DNA of 64,000 nucleotides from Gemmatimonadaceae bacterium (GCA_046153705.1 JBJXGK010000076.1:1247-65246), one strand, 5' to 3'; positions 43,589 through 53,256 are shown, counted from the stretch's first letter. Made by a program: numbers and translations. The notes: generated from the sequence alone by a model not told the origin.

Positions 43589-45607
43589 CTAGAAGCCGAT
43601 GAGCGGTCCATGCCGGAACAGGCGCCGCGCATCGATCCGCAGGGCCGCAGGCTCCGTACCTGCGATGAAGTACTCGGTATATCGGCGATCCGCCGGCAAC
43701 GAGTCCTCGGCGATGTCGCCGGTGATCCTGTCCAGCTCGACGACCACGACGTTGGACGGCGCCATCCACGGCTGCGCGGTCAGACCGCCCCAGCGCGCCA
43801 TCATCTGGCCGAAGATCGGCGCCGCGAACGTACCGCCCGCCGCACCCGACGCGATGCTCTTGGGTCGATCGAAGCCCAACCACACACCGGTGACGAGTTG
43901 CGGCGTCACTCCGATGAACCACACGTCCGAGTTGTCATCGGTGGTGCCGGTCTTCCCCGCAACGGGGATCGAGGCTGGCAGATACCGCCGCACCGAGGTC
44001 GCCGTGCCGGACTCGACCGCCTCGCGCATGAGCGCCAGTGTCACGTAGGCGACGGCACTGTCCATCGCGACGGGCAGCGTGCGCACCGGCTGCCCGAACA
44101 CGGCGCGCCCGGTGGCATCGAACGCACTGAGCACGAAGCGCGGCTCCACCGGCGCACCGAGGTTGGCGAACGCCGTGAACGCCGCTACGAGGTCGATCGG
44201 ACGCACCACCGACGCCCCGATCGCGCTCGACGGATACGGTGCGATGGGCGAGCTCAATCCCATGCGCTGGGCCAACGCGATCACCGAGTCGGCGCCGTAT
44301 CTCTCCCAGAGCTGCACCGCCACGGGGTTGCGCGAGCGCGCGAGTGCCTCGCGCAGCGTGAGCGGTCCGAGGAACTCGCCGTCCGCGTTGCGCGGGCGGT
44401 ACACGGTGGCATCGTATGCGATCTCCAACGGCTCGTCGGCGACGCGCGCATTGGGCGGTAGTGAGTCCATCAGGGCTCGGGCGTACACGATCGGCTTGAA
44501 CGTGGAGCCGGGCTGGCGCACCGCATTCGTCGCTCGGTTGAACTGCGACTCCTGGTAGTTCCGTCCGCCGACGAGCGCCCGCACGTCGCCGGAAGCCGGG
44601 TCCATGGAGACGATCGCGCCCTGCAAGTAGTCGGTGGAGCCGCGCTTCTTCTTGGCGAAGGTCTCGTGGCGATACCCGGCGCGCGCTTCCACGGCCGCCG
44701 TGCCATCGATCAGCGCCGTGGTCGCTTGACGCTGCAGCGCGGGATCGAGCGTGGTGATGACGGTGTAACCGCCGTTGCCGACCGGCACACCGGCGCGCTC
44801 GAGTTGCCCGCGCACGGCATCGACGAAGTACGGCGCTGCCACGGACATCCCCATCTCGGGCGCGGTCTTCAGCGGCTCCTTCCGCGCGGCCTTCGCCTGC
44901 TCCGCGGTGATGAATCCCTGTTCTTGCATCAACCCGATGATCGCATCGCGTCGGTTGCGGTTGCGATCGGGGAAGCGTACGGGATCGTAGATGGCGGGTC
45001 CCTTCGGCAGCGCCGCGAGGGAGGCCGCCTCGGCGATGCTCAAGCGCGCGGCCGGCTTGCCGAAGTAGTGCCGAGCCGCCGACTCGATGCCGAAGTAGCC
45101 GCGACCGAAGCTGATCTGATTGAGATAGGCCTCGAGGATCTGGGCCTTGGTGTAGTGCTTCTCCATCTCGCGTGCTGCTGACTGCTCGCGCAGTTTGCGC
45201 GAGAGCGAGCGGTCGCGGCGATCGATGATGTCGGGATGCATGTTGCCGACCAACTGCTGCGTGATGGTGCTCGCCCCGCGACTGCCGCCGAGGATGTTGT
45301 CCTTGATCGCTGACGCGATGCCGACGAGATCGACACCGTCGTGCTCATAGAACCGGCGGTCCTCAACGGACACGAAGGCCTGCGGGACGTACTTCGGCAG
45401 CGTCGCGATGGCGACGTTGGTGCGCCATTCCTTGCCGATCTCACCGATCAACGATCCGTCGCGGGCGAGGACCAGAGAACTCTGCGGCGGGCGCACGATG
45501 CGCCACGCGTCCTCGGTGGCCGCCGGCGGCGCAGGCTGCTGCGCTGCGATGGGCAGGCCGAGGAACACGAGCGGGAACGTGAGTACGACTTTCGCAACGG
45601 TATGCAC
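43589..45607 (-). CDS. Class A penicillin-binding protein (PBP1A family)
   Basis: Transglycosylase motifs EDRRFYEH, GASTITQQL and RKLRE; transpeptidase motifs GSTFKP (SxxK), SRN and KTG. Confidence 0.95.
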   Translation of the reverse strand: MHTVAKVVLTFPLVFLGLPIAAQQPAPPAATEDAWRIVRPPQSSLVLARDGSLIGEIGKEWRTNVAIATLPKYVPQAFVSVEDRRFYEHDGVDLVGIASAIKDNILGGSRGASTITQQLVGNMHPDIIDRRDRSLSRKLREQSAAREMEKHYTKAQILEAYLNQISFGRGYFGIESAARHYFGKPAARLSIAEAASLAALPKGPAIYDPVRFPDRNRNRRDAIIGLMQEQGFITAEQAKAARKEPLKTAPEMGMSVAAPYFVDAVRGQLERAGVPVGNGGYTVITTLDPALQRQATTALIDGTAAVEARAGYRHETFAKKKRGSTDYLQGAIVSMDPASGDVRALVGGRNYQESQFNRATNAVRQPGSTFKPIVYARALMDSLPPNARVADEPLEIAYDATVYRPRNADGEFLGPLTLREALARSRNPVAVQLWERYGADSVIALAQRMGLSSPIAPYPSSAIGASVVRPIDLVAAFTAFANLGAPVEPRFVLSAFDATGRAVFGQPVRTLPVAMDSAVAYVTLALMREAVESGTATSVRRYLPASIPVAGKTGTTDDNSDVWFIGVTPQLVTGVWLGFDRPKSIASGAAGGTFAAPIFGQMMARWGGLTAQPWMAPSNVVVVELDRITGDIAEDSLPADRRYTEYFIAGTEPAALRIDARRLFRHGPLIGF

Positions 45608-45675
45608 AGGAGGAATTCTACACCGCCACCGCGTGCCCAGTACCGTTCCGCGCCTCGCTGTCGCACGTTTCGAGC

Positions 45676-47538
45676 ATGCTCACGCTCGCCATCCCGCAGT
45701 TCCGTCCTCGGAAGGGTGACCTCGCCGGGAACCTCGACCGCATCGGCGGGCTGCTGGCTCAGGCCGCCGCGCTCGACCCCAAGCCGCAGTTGGTGGTCTT
45801 CGCCGAGACCATCCTCTCGGGCTACTTCCTCGAGGGCGGGGTGCGCGACGTGGCGCTGACGGCCGAGGCCCTGCTGCACGAGCTCTCGCGTCGGTTCGAC
45901 GTGGCGGTCCCGCCGGGCACGCGGATGGACGTGATCCTCGGGTTCTACGAGTCGTTCGAGGGCAATCTGCACAACAGCGCCGCCTGCATCGCCCTGGGCG
46001 ACGGCGCGGCGCGCATCGTGCACATCCATCGGAAGAACTTCCTGCCGACCTACTCGTTGTTCGACGAGGAGCGCTTCGTGGAGCGCGGCTACGGCATCCG
46101 CGCGTTCGACACCTCGTGGGGCCGCGCGGCGATGCTGGTGTGCGAGGACGCCTGGCATTCGCTCTCCGGCACGATCGCGGCACTCGACGGTGCGCAGGTC
46201 GTCGTGGTGATCGCCGCAGCGCCAGCACGTGGGGCCGTCCCGCGCGGCGATCAGGTGCCCGGGCCGGGCAGCGTGGAACGCTGGGAGCGCTTGGTGCGCG
46301 ACATCGCCGAGGAGCAGGGCGTGTTCTGTGTGCTGGCGAACCTCGTGGGCAGCGAAGGCGGGCGCATGTTCCAAGGTGGCTCCATGATCGCCGGCCCACG
46401 GGGTGACGTGCGCCTGCGCGCGCCGGTGTTCGACGAAGCGCTGCTCACCGCATCGATCGACCTCGCCGATGTCTCCCGCGTGCGCGCCGACCTGCCGATG
46501 CTCTCGGATCTGCGTGCCGCCCTGCCCTTTCTGCGCACCGAACTCGACCGGGCGCTGGGCATCGGCGCGGTCGCGCCGATGGATGCCGCGGATTCGACAA
46601 CGGAGTCGCCGCGCGCCGCACCGACACTGCGTCTGGTGCCGCGCGGTGCTCCCGCCGAGGATCCCATCGCGATCGTGCGCGAGACGTTGACGGTGGTCTC
46701 GGGCGGCACGGTCGCGCGGGGCGTACCGCCGTCACTGGAGATCGACGCCGCCCTCGTCGAGCGCTGGCTCGCGGCCTTCCTGCGCGACGAGTTCTCGCGG
46801 CGGGGATTCTCCAAAGCCATCCTCGGACTCTCGGGCGGCGTGGACTCTGCGGTCGTCGCGGCACTCGCGACGCGGGCGCTTGGCAAGGAGAACGTGATCG
46901 CGGTGCGGATGCCCTATCGCACGTCGAGCGCGGACTCGCTCGCACACGCGCAGCTGGTGATCGACCAACTCGGCATCGAGTCCCGCACGCTGGAGATCAG
47001 CGGCGCGGTGGACGGCTACCTCGCCCTCGAACCCGATGCCGATGCCCCGCGCCGCGGCAACGTGATGGCGCGCACGCGCATGATCGCGCTGTTCGACCTC
47101 TCGGCGAAGCATCGTGCGCTGCCGCTCGGCACGGGCAACAAGAGCGAACGGCTGTTGGGCTACTTCACGTGGCATGCCGACGACTCGCCGCCGGTGAATC
47201 CGATCGGGGATCTGTTCAAGACGCAGGTGTGGGCGCTCGCGCGGCACTTGCACGTGCCGCGTGAGATCATCGAGAAGCCTGCGAGCGCGGACCTGGTGCA
47301 AGGCCAGACGGACGAAGGCGACTTCGGTGTCTCGTACGCCAAGGCCGACGAGATCCTCAACTGGATCCTGCACGGGTGGAGCGCGGCGGAGCTCATCGAA
47401 CGCGGTATCGACGTCGAGGCGATCCGGCTGGTGACCAAGCGACTCGACTCGACGCATTGGAAGCGCAAGCTGCCGACGGTGGCGATGTTGTCTGGGGCGG
47501 CGATCGGCGAGTCGTACTTGAGGCCGGTGGACTATTAG
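45676..47538 (+). CDS. nadE: Glutamine-dependent NAD+ synthetase (nitrilase domain fused to a NAD synthetase domain)
   Basis: Nitrilase triad E (FAET), K (HRKNFLP), C (VCED); SGGVDS, TGNKSE and PIGDLFKT. Confidence 0.95.
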   Translation: MLTLAIPQFRPRKGDLAGNLDRIGGLLAQAAALDPKPQLVVFAETILSGYFLEGGVRDVALTAEALLHELSRRFDVAVPPGTRMDVILGFYESFEGNLHNSAACIALGDGAARIVHIHRKNFLPTYSLFDEERFVERGYGIRAFDTSWGRAAMLVCEDAWHSLSGTIAALDGAQVVVVIAAAPARGAVPRGDQVPGPGSVERWERLVRDIAEEQGVFCVLANLVGSEGGRMFQGGSMIAGPRGDVRLRAPVFDEALLTASIDLADVSRVRADLPMLSDLRAALPFLRTELDRALGIGAVAPMDAADSTTESPRAAPTLRLVPRGAPAEDPIAIVRETLTVVSGGTVARGVPPSLEIDAALVERWLAAFLRDEFSRRGFSKAILGLSGGVDSAVVAALATRALGKENVIAVRMPYRTSSADSLAHAQLVIDQLGIESRTLEISGAVDGYLALEPDADAPRRGNVMARTRMIALFDLSAKHRALPLGTGNKSERLLGYFTWHADDSPPVNPIGDLFKTQVWALARHLHVPREIIEKPASADLVQGQTDEGDFGVSYAKADEILNWILHGWSAAELIERGIDVEAIRLVTKRLDSTHWKRKLPTVAMLSGAAIGESYLRPVDY

Positions 47539-47542
47539 GCTG

Positions 47543-47584
47543 GATGGTGGATGGTGGAATACAGATGGTGGATATGCCTCCATC
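47543..47584 (+). repeat. GATGGTG heptamer x3 with a CCATC-closed hairpin, after nadE
   Basis: Copies at 47543, 47550 and 47564; GATGG pairs with CCATC at 47580-47584. Confidence 0.65.
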
Positions 47585-47625
47585 GCAACTTTCGGATTGT
47601 CGCGCTGCGGCATCCCTCCTAGATA
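47585..47625 (+). promoter_or_regulatory. Candidate activator site GCAA-N4-CGG abutting a weak promoter (TTGTCG-N17-TAGATA) of the Ada-like gene
   Basis: GCAA 47585-47588, CGG 47593-47595, -35 at 47597-47602, -10 at 47620-47625. Confidence 0.5.
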
Positions 47626-47652
47626 CCCTGTGTCCCTCGCACAGGAGTCCTG

Positions 47653-48573
47653 ATGTCGCCCGAGCAACTGCTGACCGATTACGCGCGCATCGAACGCGCG
47701 ATCCGCTATCTCGATACTCCGCGTGCGGTCGCCCCGACGCTGGCCGAGGTCGCGGACGTGGTGGGACTGAGTGAGGCGCATTTCCAGCGCATGTTCACGC
47801 GTTGGGCGGGGATCAGCCCCAAGCGGTTCCTGCAGCACCGTACCGCGGAGGTGGTGAAGCAGCTCCTGCGCGAACGTCGGCCGCTGCTCGAGGTGACGTA
47901 TGAGGCGGGGCTCTCGGGACCGGGGCGCCTGCACGATCTCATCGTGAACGCCGAGGGTGTGACACCGGGCGAGCTGCAGCGAGATGGCAGTGGCGTGACC
48001 ATCCGCTACGGCTTCCATCCCACTCCGTTCGGCGAGTGCCTGATCGCGGTGACGCCGCGCGGCGTGTGCCATCTGGCGTTCGTGCAGCGCGACGATCGGC
48101 GCGCGGCGCTCGCGGTGCTCGCACGCGAGTGGCCGGAGGCGGAGCTGCTGCCGGACCAGCACGTGACGCGGAAAGCCGCGGCTCACGCGTTCCCCGCGCC
48201 GGGGAGCAATCCGGTGCCGTCGCTGTCGCTGCATGTGCGCGGAACGAACTTCCAGCTCAAGGTGTGGCGCGCGCTGCTGGCCATCCCCGTGGGAAGTGTG
48301 ACGACCTACGGCGATCTCGCGGCGGCGATCGGCGACGTGAAGGCGTCGCGCGCGGTGGGCACCGCGGTAGGCAGCAATCCGGTGAGCTACCTCATCCCCT
48401 GCCATCGCGTGATCCGCGCGACAGGGGAGTTGGGTGGTTACGCCTGGGGTCCTGACCGCAAGCGTGCGATGCTCGCGCTGGAGACGACTATGCCGCCTGC
48501 GCGTACGCCAGCGACACCGCACGTCGTGCGCCGCGTTTCAGCTGGCGGTGCACGGCGCGTGCGAAGCGCATGA
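47653..48573 (+). CDS. Bifunctional AraC-HTH / methylated-DNA-protein-cysteine methyltransferase, without an Ada Zn domain
   Basis: LSEAHFQRMFTRWAGISPKRF and GRLHDL HTHs; GTNFQLKVW, SRAVGTAVGSNP and IPCHRV active site. Confidence 0.92.
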   Translation: MSPEQLLTDYARIERAIRYLDTPRAVAPTLAEVADVVGLSEAHFQRMFTRWAGISPKRFLQHRTAEVVKQLLRERRPLLEVTYEAGLSGPGRLHDLIVNAEGVTPGELQRDGSGVTIRYGFHPTPFGECLIAVTPRGVCHLAFVQRDDRRAALAVLAREWPEAELLPDQHVTRKAAAHAFPAPGSNPVPSLSLHVRGTNFQLKVWRALLAIPVGSVTTYGDLAAAIGDVKASRAVGTAVGSNPVSYLIPCHRVIRATGELGGYAWGPDRKRAMLALETTMPPARTPATPHVVRRVSAGGARRVRSA

Positions 48574-48892
48574 AGTTCTGGCCAGCGGCCGGGTAGCGCG
48601 CGAAGAACTCGGTCGGTAGCAGACCCCCTTTGAGCTGATTGCAGGGCTGGCACGCCGAGACGAGGTTGCCCGGGAGGTGGCTGCCGCCGCGACAGAGCGG
48701 GATCACATGATCCAGGGTGGCGAGTTCGGGGGCGAGTGCGTGGCCGCAATAGACACATCGCCGTCCGCAATCGCGAAAGGTCGCGCGTTTGATCTGGCGC
48801 TTGTGCTGCTGGTGCTCCACGCGGCGAGCGTGGCGGGAAATCCCCCTGGGGGCGCGGGGGAGCGCGACGTGGTGCACGACCCGACGTGACAT
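48488..48892 (-). CDS. Small stand-alone HNH endonuclease (134 aa)
   Basis: CVYC...TLDHVIPLCRGG...NLVSACQPCNQLKG; GAGG RBS before ATG 48892. Confidence 0.9.
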   Translation of the reverse strand: MSRRVVHHVALPRAPRGISRHARRVEHQQHKRQIKRATFRDCGRRCVYCGHALAPELATLDHVIPLCRGGSHLPGNLVSACQPCNQLKGGLLPTEFFARYPAAGQNFMRFARAVHRQLKRGARRAVSLAYAQAA

Positions 48893-48905
48893 CGAACCTC
48901 GCCGG

Positions 48906-48954
48906 AAAAGACGACACCCCGCGACGGGGCAGTGTGCCCGTGCGGGGTGTGGTC
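48906..48954 (-). terminator. Long hairpin plus U4 tract immediately 5' of the HNH RBS (attenuator-like)
   Basis: ACACCCCGC (48914-48922) pairs with GCGGGGTGT (48942-48950); inner ACGGGGCA/TGCCCGT stem; AAAA at 48906-48909. Confidence 0.55.
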
Positions 48955-49202
48955 GATGAGGAGGAGGCGCCAGACCGCGGTCGCGTTGAGCGATCGAGGA
49001 AGTCGGGGCTCGAATGCCTGTCCGAACGTTCCGGTCACGGGCCTCCCGAGGAGAATTCGGCGCCCAGCGCGGCGCCGCTGTTACGTGGAAGACGCGCGTA
49101 TGAGTGCACCCGTCACGTGTTTCCGCGCAAGGCAAATCGCGAAAGAGAGAGATTTGTGATCTGCGGCACACCGCCGGCACTGCGGCGGGCGGACCATGGC
49201 TG

Positions 49203-49886
49203 TCACGGTCGCTTGGGCGCCGGGAACGGAGCCATTCGCCGCGTGACGTCGAGATTCGTGATGTGCAGATTCACACCCTTGCCGATGCGGAAACCGAACG
49301 GGCCATCGACATCTAGGGCACTGCGTTCGAATGCCGCCACACGTTCGCCATTCACGACGAATCGTACCGAATCCGGCTCGGCGCGCACGGTCACGTAGTT
49401 CTTCGCGGATGCGCCTGTCAGCAATACCTTGCTCGCGGCGTGGGCGCGCCACGGGATGAGCCACGTGGACTCGTTCCCACGCTGCCGCATCACCGCGACC
49501 TGACCGTCCGCGCGCACCACGAGGGCGATCCACTCCTTGCGTGCTTCGTCGTCGAGCGACTTCCCGCCCACGAACACACCGTACTCGTTGGCCGATGCGT
49601 CCGGGAAGAGGATGAGCTCACCCTCGACGACGAATCGACCACTCGCGCGCTCCGCAGGATCATAGAGCACTGCTCCAGGCCCCATGGTGATGTGCCAGCC
49701 GGGCGCCATGTGAACGAAGTCGAACGTCGAGTCGGTCGACAAGAATCGACCTCCATTCACCAGGCGGGCCGGTCCGTCCAACGTCCACTTCCAGCCCACC
49801 GGCGGGGCGCCCTGCGCGAGGGCGCGCGAGGGCAGCATCAGTGACGCGACCATCGCGATCGCGACCATGACCAGCGCACTGCGCAT
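49203..49886 (-). CDS. Hypothetical secreted beta-rich protein (possibly a concanavalin/DUF1080-like fold)
   Basis: Signal peptide ending ALA-Q; beta-strand pattern; MAPGWHITMGP. Confidence 0.7.
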   Translation of the reverse strand: MRSALVMVAIAMVASLMLPSRALAQGAPPVGWKWTLDGPARLVNGGRFLSTDSTFDFVHMAPGWHITMGPGAVLYDPAERASGRFVVEGELILFPDASANEYGVFVGGKSLDDEARKEWIALVVRADGQVAVMRQRGNESTWLIPWRAHAASKVLLTGASAKNYVTVRAEPDSVRFVVNGERVAAFERSALDVDGPFGFRIGKGVNLHITNLDVTRRMAPFPAPKRP

Positions 49887-50071
49887 CACAGGCACGAGTG
49901 CGCACCTGATGTCCTGGATGGGTCTGGCGGCGGGGCGGAGAGAGAGCGGTTCTTGCATCGGGACCTCCGGTGATGGTCTGCAGCAGAAGGTAGAACGGGC
50001 CGTCGCAGCGCGTGAGGGGCGGCGAAGTCCCCGCTCGGGCTGCGCACTTGTCTCCTCCCCTTAGCCCTTCC

Positions 50072-50080
50072 TGCTAACTT
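50072..50080 (+). promoter_or_regulatory. Extended -10 element (TGC-TAACTT) upstream of the E1 gene
   Basis: The same GCTAACTTT also occurs upstream of the acyl-CoA dehydrogenase gene (8278-8286). Confidence 0.45.
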
Positions 50081-50140
50081 TCTTTGAATCCCGCCGCCCG
50101 GCCGTCTGCCCGGCGCCTCTCCACCCAGTCCCACCCGACC

Positions 50141-52249
50141 ATGGCCACCTCCGCCAAGGCGCGTACCTCGACGCACGGTCTGACCAAGGCCCAACTCGTC
50201 GCGGCCTACCGCACCATGCTCCTGTCGCGTCGCCTCGACGACAAGGAGATCCAGCTCAAGCGGCAGAACAAGATCTTCTTCCAGATCTCCGGCGCCGGCC
50301 ACGAAGCCATCCTCACGGCGTCCGGCATGGTGTTCAAGCCGTCGTACGACTGGTTCTACATGTACTACCGGGATCGCGCGCTCTGCCTGCAGCTCGGGAT
50401 GACCGGCGCCGAGATGCTCTACTCGGCCGTCGGTGCGGCGATCGACCCCAACTCCGGCGGACGGCAGATGCCATCGCACTGGGGACACAAGAAGCTCAAC
50501 ATCGTCTCCACGTCGTCGCCCACGGGCACACAGTTCCTGCAAGCCGTCGGCTCGGCCGAGGCGGTGGTGCGCGCCAAGACCCTCGGCATCACCGATGGGT
50601 TCGAGAAGGATGAGGTGGTCTTCGTCTCCACCGGCGACGGCACGACCTCGCAGGGCGAGTTCTGGGAATCACTGAACACCGCGTCCAACCTCAAGCTCCC
50701 GGTCGTGTACCTCGTCGAGGACAACGGCTACGCGATCTCTGTACCGGTCGAGGTGAACACGGCCGGCGGATCGATCAGCAAGTTGGTCACGGGATTCCCG
50801 GACCTGTACATCATCGAAGTCGATGGCTGCGACCTGCTCGCGTCGTACGAAGCGATGCAGAAGGCCGTCGCCTATGCGCGTGAGCGGAAGGGACCGGCGC
50901 TGGTGCACGCGAAGGTCATCCGCCCGTACTCGCACTCGCTCTCCGATGACGAGGTGATGTACCGCCCCGACAGCGAGCGCGATGCCGATGCCGCGCGCGA
51001 CCCCATCACGAACTATCCCAAGTGGCTGGTCGACGAAGGGTATGCCACCGAAGCGGAGATCAAGGCGATCCAGGAGTCCGTCGACGCCGAAGTGCTCGCG
51101 GCCACGGACGACGCCCTCGCGCAGCCGCAGCCCGCACCGGAGACCGCGGCCTTCGCGGTGTACTCACCCGACGTCGACCCGACCAGCGAACAGTTCGACA
51201 CCGAGGACGATCCGCAGTTCAGCGGTGAGCCCACGACGATGGTCGACCTGCTCAACGCCTGCATGAAGGACGAGATGCGGCGCGACGGCCGCATCGTGAT
51301 GTTCGGTGAAGACGTCGCCGACGTCTCGCGCGAGGAGTACCTCGGCAAGGTTAAGGGCAAGGGCGGCGTCTTCAAGGTGACGTGGGGTCTGCAGAAGGAG
51401 TTCGGCGGTACGCGTGTGTTCAACACGCCGCTCGCCGAGGCGAACATCCTCGGGCGTGCGATCGGCATGGCGCTGCGCGGATTCAAGCCGGTGGTCGAGG
51501 TGCAGTTCTTCGACTACATCTGGACGGCGTACATGCAGATCCGCGACGAGCTCGCGACCATGCGCTGGCGCTCGTCCAACGCGTTTTCGGCACCGGTGGT
51601 GGTGCGCACGACCTACGGCGGCTACATCCGTGGCGCGATCTACCATTCGCAGACCGGCGCGTCACTCTTCACGCATTGCCCGGGCCTGCGTGTGGTGTGC
51701 CCGAGCAATGCACTCGACGCGAACGGCCTGCTGCGCACCGCAATCCGCGGCGACGACCCGGTGATCTTCCTCGAGCACAAGCATCTCTATCGGCAGACGT
51801 ACAACAAGGGCGCGTATCCGGGCCCGAACTTCATGATCCCGTTCGGCAAGGCGAAGACGGTGAAGGAAGGGCGCGATGTGACGGTGGTGACCTACGGCGC
51901 AACGGTGCAGCGTGCACTCGTGGCCGCGAAGCAGATCGAGGAGGAGAAGGGGCTGTCGGTCGAGGTGATCGACCTGCGCACGCTCTCCCCCTGGGATCAG
52001 GAGGCGGTGTACGCGTCGGCGAAGAAGACCGGCCGCGTGATCGTCGCCTATGAGGATTCGATCTCGTGGGGCTACGGTGCCGAGATCGCCGCACGCATCG
52101 CCGATGATTGCTTCGCGTGGCTCGACGCGCCGGTGAAGCGCGTGGCGAGCATGGACACGTTCGTCGGATACGCGCCGTCGTTGGAGGACGAGATCCTGCC
52201 GCAGGTGTCGGACTTCCTGAAGGCGTACGAGGAGATCGCGGCGTTCTGA
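50141..52249 (+). CDS. 2-oxoacid dehydrogenase E1, fused alpha and beta subunits (branched-chain/pyruvate type)
   Basis: GAGHEA, TPP motif [39 protein letters not shown] and HSQ. Confidence 0.94.
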   Translation: MATSAKARTSTHGLTKAQLVAAYRTMLLSRRLDDKEIQLKRQNKIFFQISGAGHEAILTASGMVFKPSYDWFYMYYRDRALCLQLGMTGAEMLYSAVGAAIDPNSGGRQMPSHWGHKKLNIVSTSSPTGTQFLQAVGSAEAVVRAKTLGITDGFEKDEVVFVSTGDGTTSQGEFWESLNTASNLKLPVVYLVEDNGYAISVPVEVNTAGGSISKLVTGFPDLYIIEVDGCDLLASYEAMQKAVAYARERKGPALVHAKVIRPYSHSLSDDEVMYRPDSERDADAARDPITNYPKWLVDEGYATEAEIKAIQESVDAEVLAATDDALAQPQPAPETAAFAVYSPDVDPTSEQFDTEDDPQFSGEPTTMVDLLNACMKDEMRRDGRIVMFGEDVADVSREEYLGKVKGKGGVFKVTWGLQKEFGGTRVFNTPLAEANILGRAIGMALRGFKPVVEVQFFDYIWTAYMQIRDELATMRWRSSNAFSAPVVVRTTYGGYIRGAIYHSQTGASLFTHCPGLRVVCPSNALDANGLLRTAIRGDDPVIFLEHKHLYRQTYNKGAYPGPNFMIPFGKAKTVKEGRDVTVVTYGATVQRALVAAKQIEEEKGLSVEVIDLRTLSPWDQEAVYASAKKTGRVIVAYEDSISWGYGAEIAARIADDCFAWLDAPVKRVASMDTFVGYAPSLEDEILPQVSDFLKAYEEIAAF

Positions 52250-52299
52250 GCCGAAGGCGTTATAGGTGACCGGTCAAGTATCGACCGGTCGGGACGGGT

Positions 52300-52333
52300 G
52301 AGAGGGGACCGCGTCGGGATGCGGTCCCCTTTC
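52300..52333 (+). terminator. Intrinsic terminator-like hairpin after the E1 gene
   Basis: AGGGGACCGC-GTCGGGAT-GCGGTCCCCT followed by TTC. Confidence 0.65.
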
Positions 52334-52362
52334 GCGCATCTCTGGGGACGTCCACCCACGCC

Positions 52363-53256
52363 ATGGCCAAGCCACACCGCATCTCCTCAGAACTCCCAGC
52401 GTTCGCTCATACGGCGGCTGCGCCCGAGGCGAACCCGGCCGCGGTCACGTTGCTGACGGAGGACGGCTTCCCGCTCGCGGGGACACGCTGGCTCGCCGAC
52501 GGAACGGCGCGAGGCGTCGCCTTGATCGCGCCGGCGGCGGGGGTACCGCATCGGTTCTATGTCCCGTTCGCGGAGCACCTCGTGCGCTCCGGTCTCGACA
52601 CGCTCACGTGGGACGGACGCGGGATCGGGGATTCACGACATGAGACGTCCTCGCGGGATCCGCGGCTCACGATGCGCGCTTGGGGCACCGAGGACCTCCA
52701 GGCTGCGATCGACTGGGCGACGCGTCGCGCGCCGGGCGGCCCGATCCACTTCGTCGGTCATTCGTTCGGAGCGCCAGCACTCGGACTCGCCCGCAATGCT
52801 GATCGCATCTCGCGCGCGGTGTTCGTCGGCGGCCAACACGGCTGGTACGGTCATTGGCCGTTGGCGCAGCGGCTCCGGCTCGGCTTCCAGTGGTATCTCG
52901 GGGTCCCGCTCTTCGCCTCCATCCTCGGCCGATTCCCCGGCTCGCGACTCGGATTGGGCGAGGATCTTCCCCAAGGGGTGGCACTCGAGATGGCCGCGTG
53001 GTGCCGGCGACCATCGTATCTGGGCACGTGGGAAGGACACGCACGAGTGGCGATCCCGATCCTCGCCCTGAGCTTCGCCGATGATGTGCAGGCGCCGCGC
53101 CGGGCGGTCGAGGCGCTCCTGCGGGAGTATCGATCCGCCCATGTGCTGCACGAGCCCTTGCCAGCCGAAGGGCTCGGGCACTTCGGCTTCTTCTCGGAGG
53201 CGCACGCCGAGGGCCATTGGCATCGCATAGTCCGGTTTCTGCTGAGAGGGCACTGA
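52363..53256 (+). CDS. Alpha/beta hydrolase (predicted esterase)
   Basis: WDGRGIGDS, VGHSFG nucleophile, FADD and LGHFGFF. Confidence 0.88.
   Translation: MAKPHRISSELPAFAHTAAAPEANPAAVTLLTEDGFPLAGTRWLADGTARGVALIAPAAGVPHRFYVPFAEHLVRSGLDTLTWDGRGIGDSRHETSSRDPRLTMRAWGTEDLQAAIDWATRRAPGGPIHFVGHSFGAPALGLARNADRISRAVFVGGQHGWYGHWPLAQRLRLGFQWYLGVPLFASILGRFPGSRLGLGEDLPQGVALEMAAWCRRPSYLGTWEGHARVAIPILALSFADDVQAPRRAVEALLREYRSAHVLHEPLPAEGLGHFGFFSEAHAEGHWHRIVRFLLRGH

Noticed and set aside
47543-47570. Heptamer repeats as a CRISPR array or phase-variation tract
   Set aside because: Only three 7-bp copies, no spacers, no cas genes, and located outside a coding region.
48488-48892. HNH gene as IscB/Cas9-like, or as part of a restriction, defence or mobile element
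   Set aside because: Only 134 aa with no RuvC motifs, and no methylase, array, terminal repeats or transposase nearby.
48703-49038. Upstream GTG ORF that could join the HNH frame by a -1 frameshift at CTTTTCC
   Set aside because: Weak slippery site, non-protein-like upstream peptide, and the HNH has its own RBS and ATG.
50061-50077. TTAGC-N7-GCTAA resembling a CIRCE element
   Set aside because: CIRCE needs TTAGCACTC-N9-GAGTGCTAA; the arms and spacing do not match, and the right arm is explained by an extended -10.
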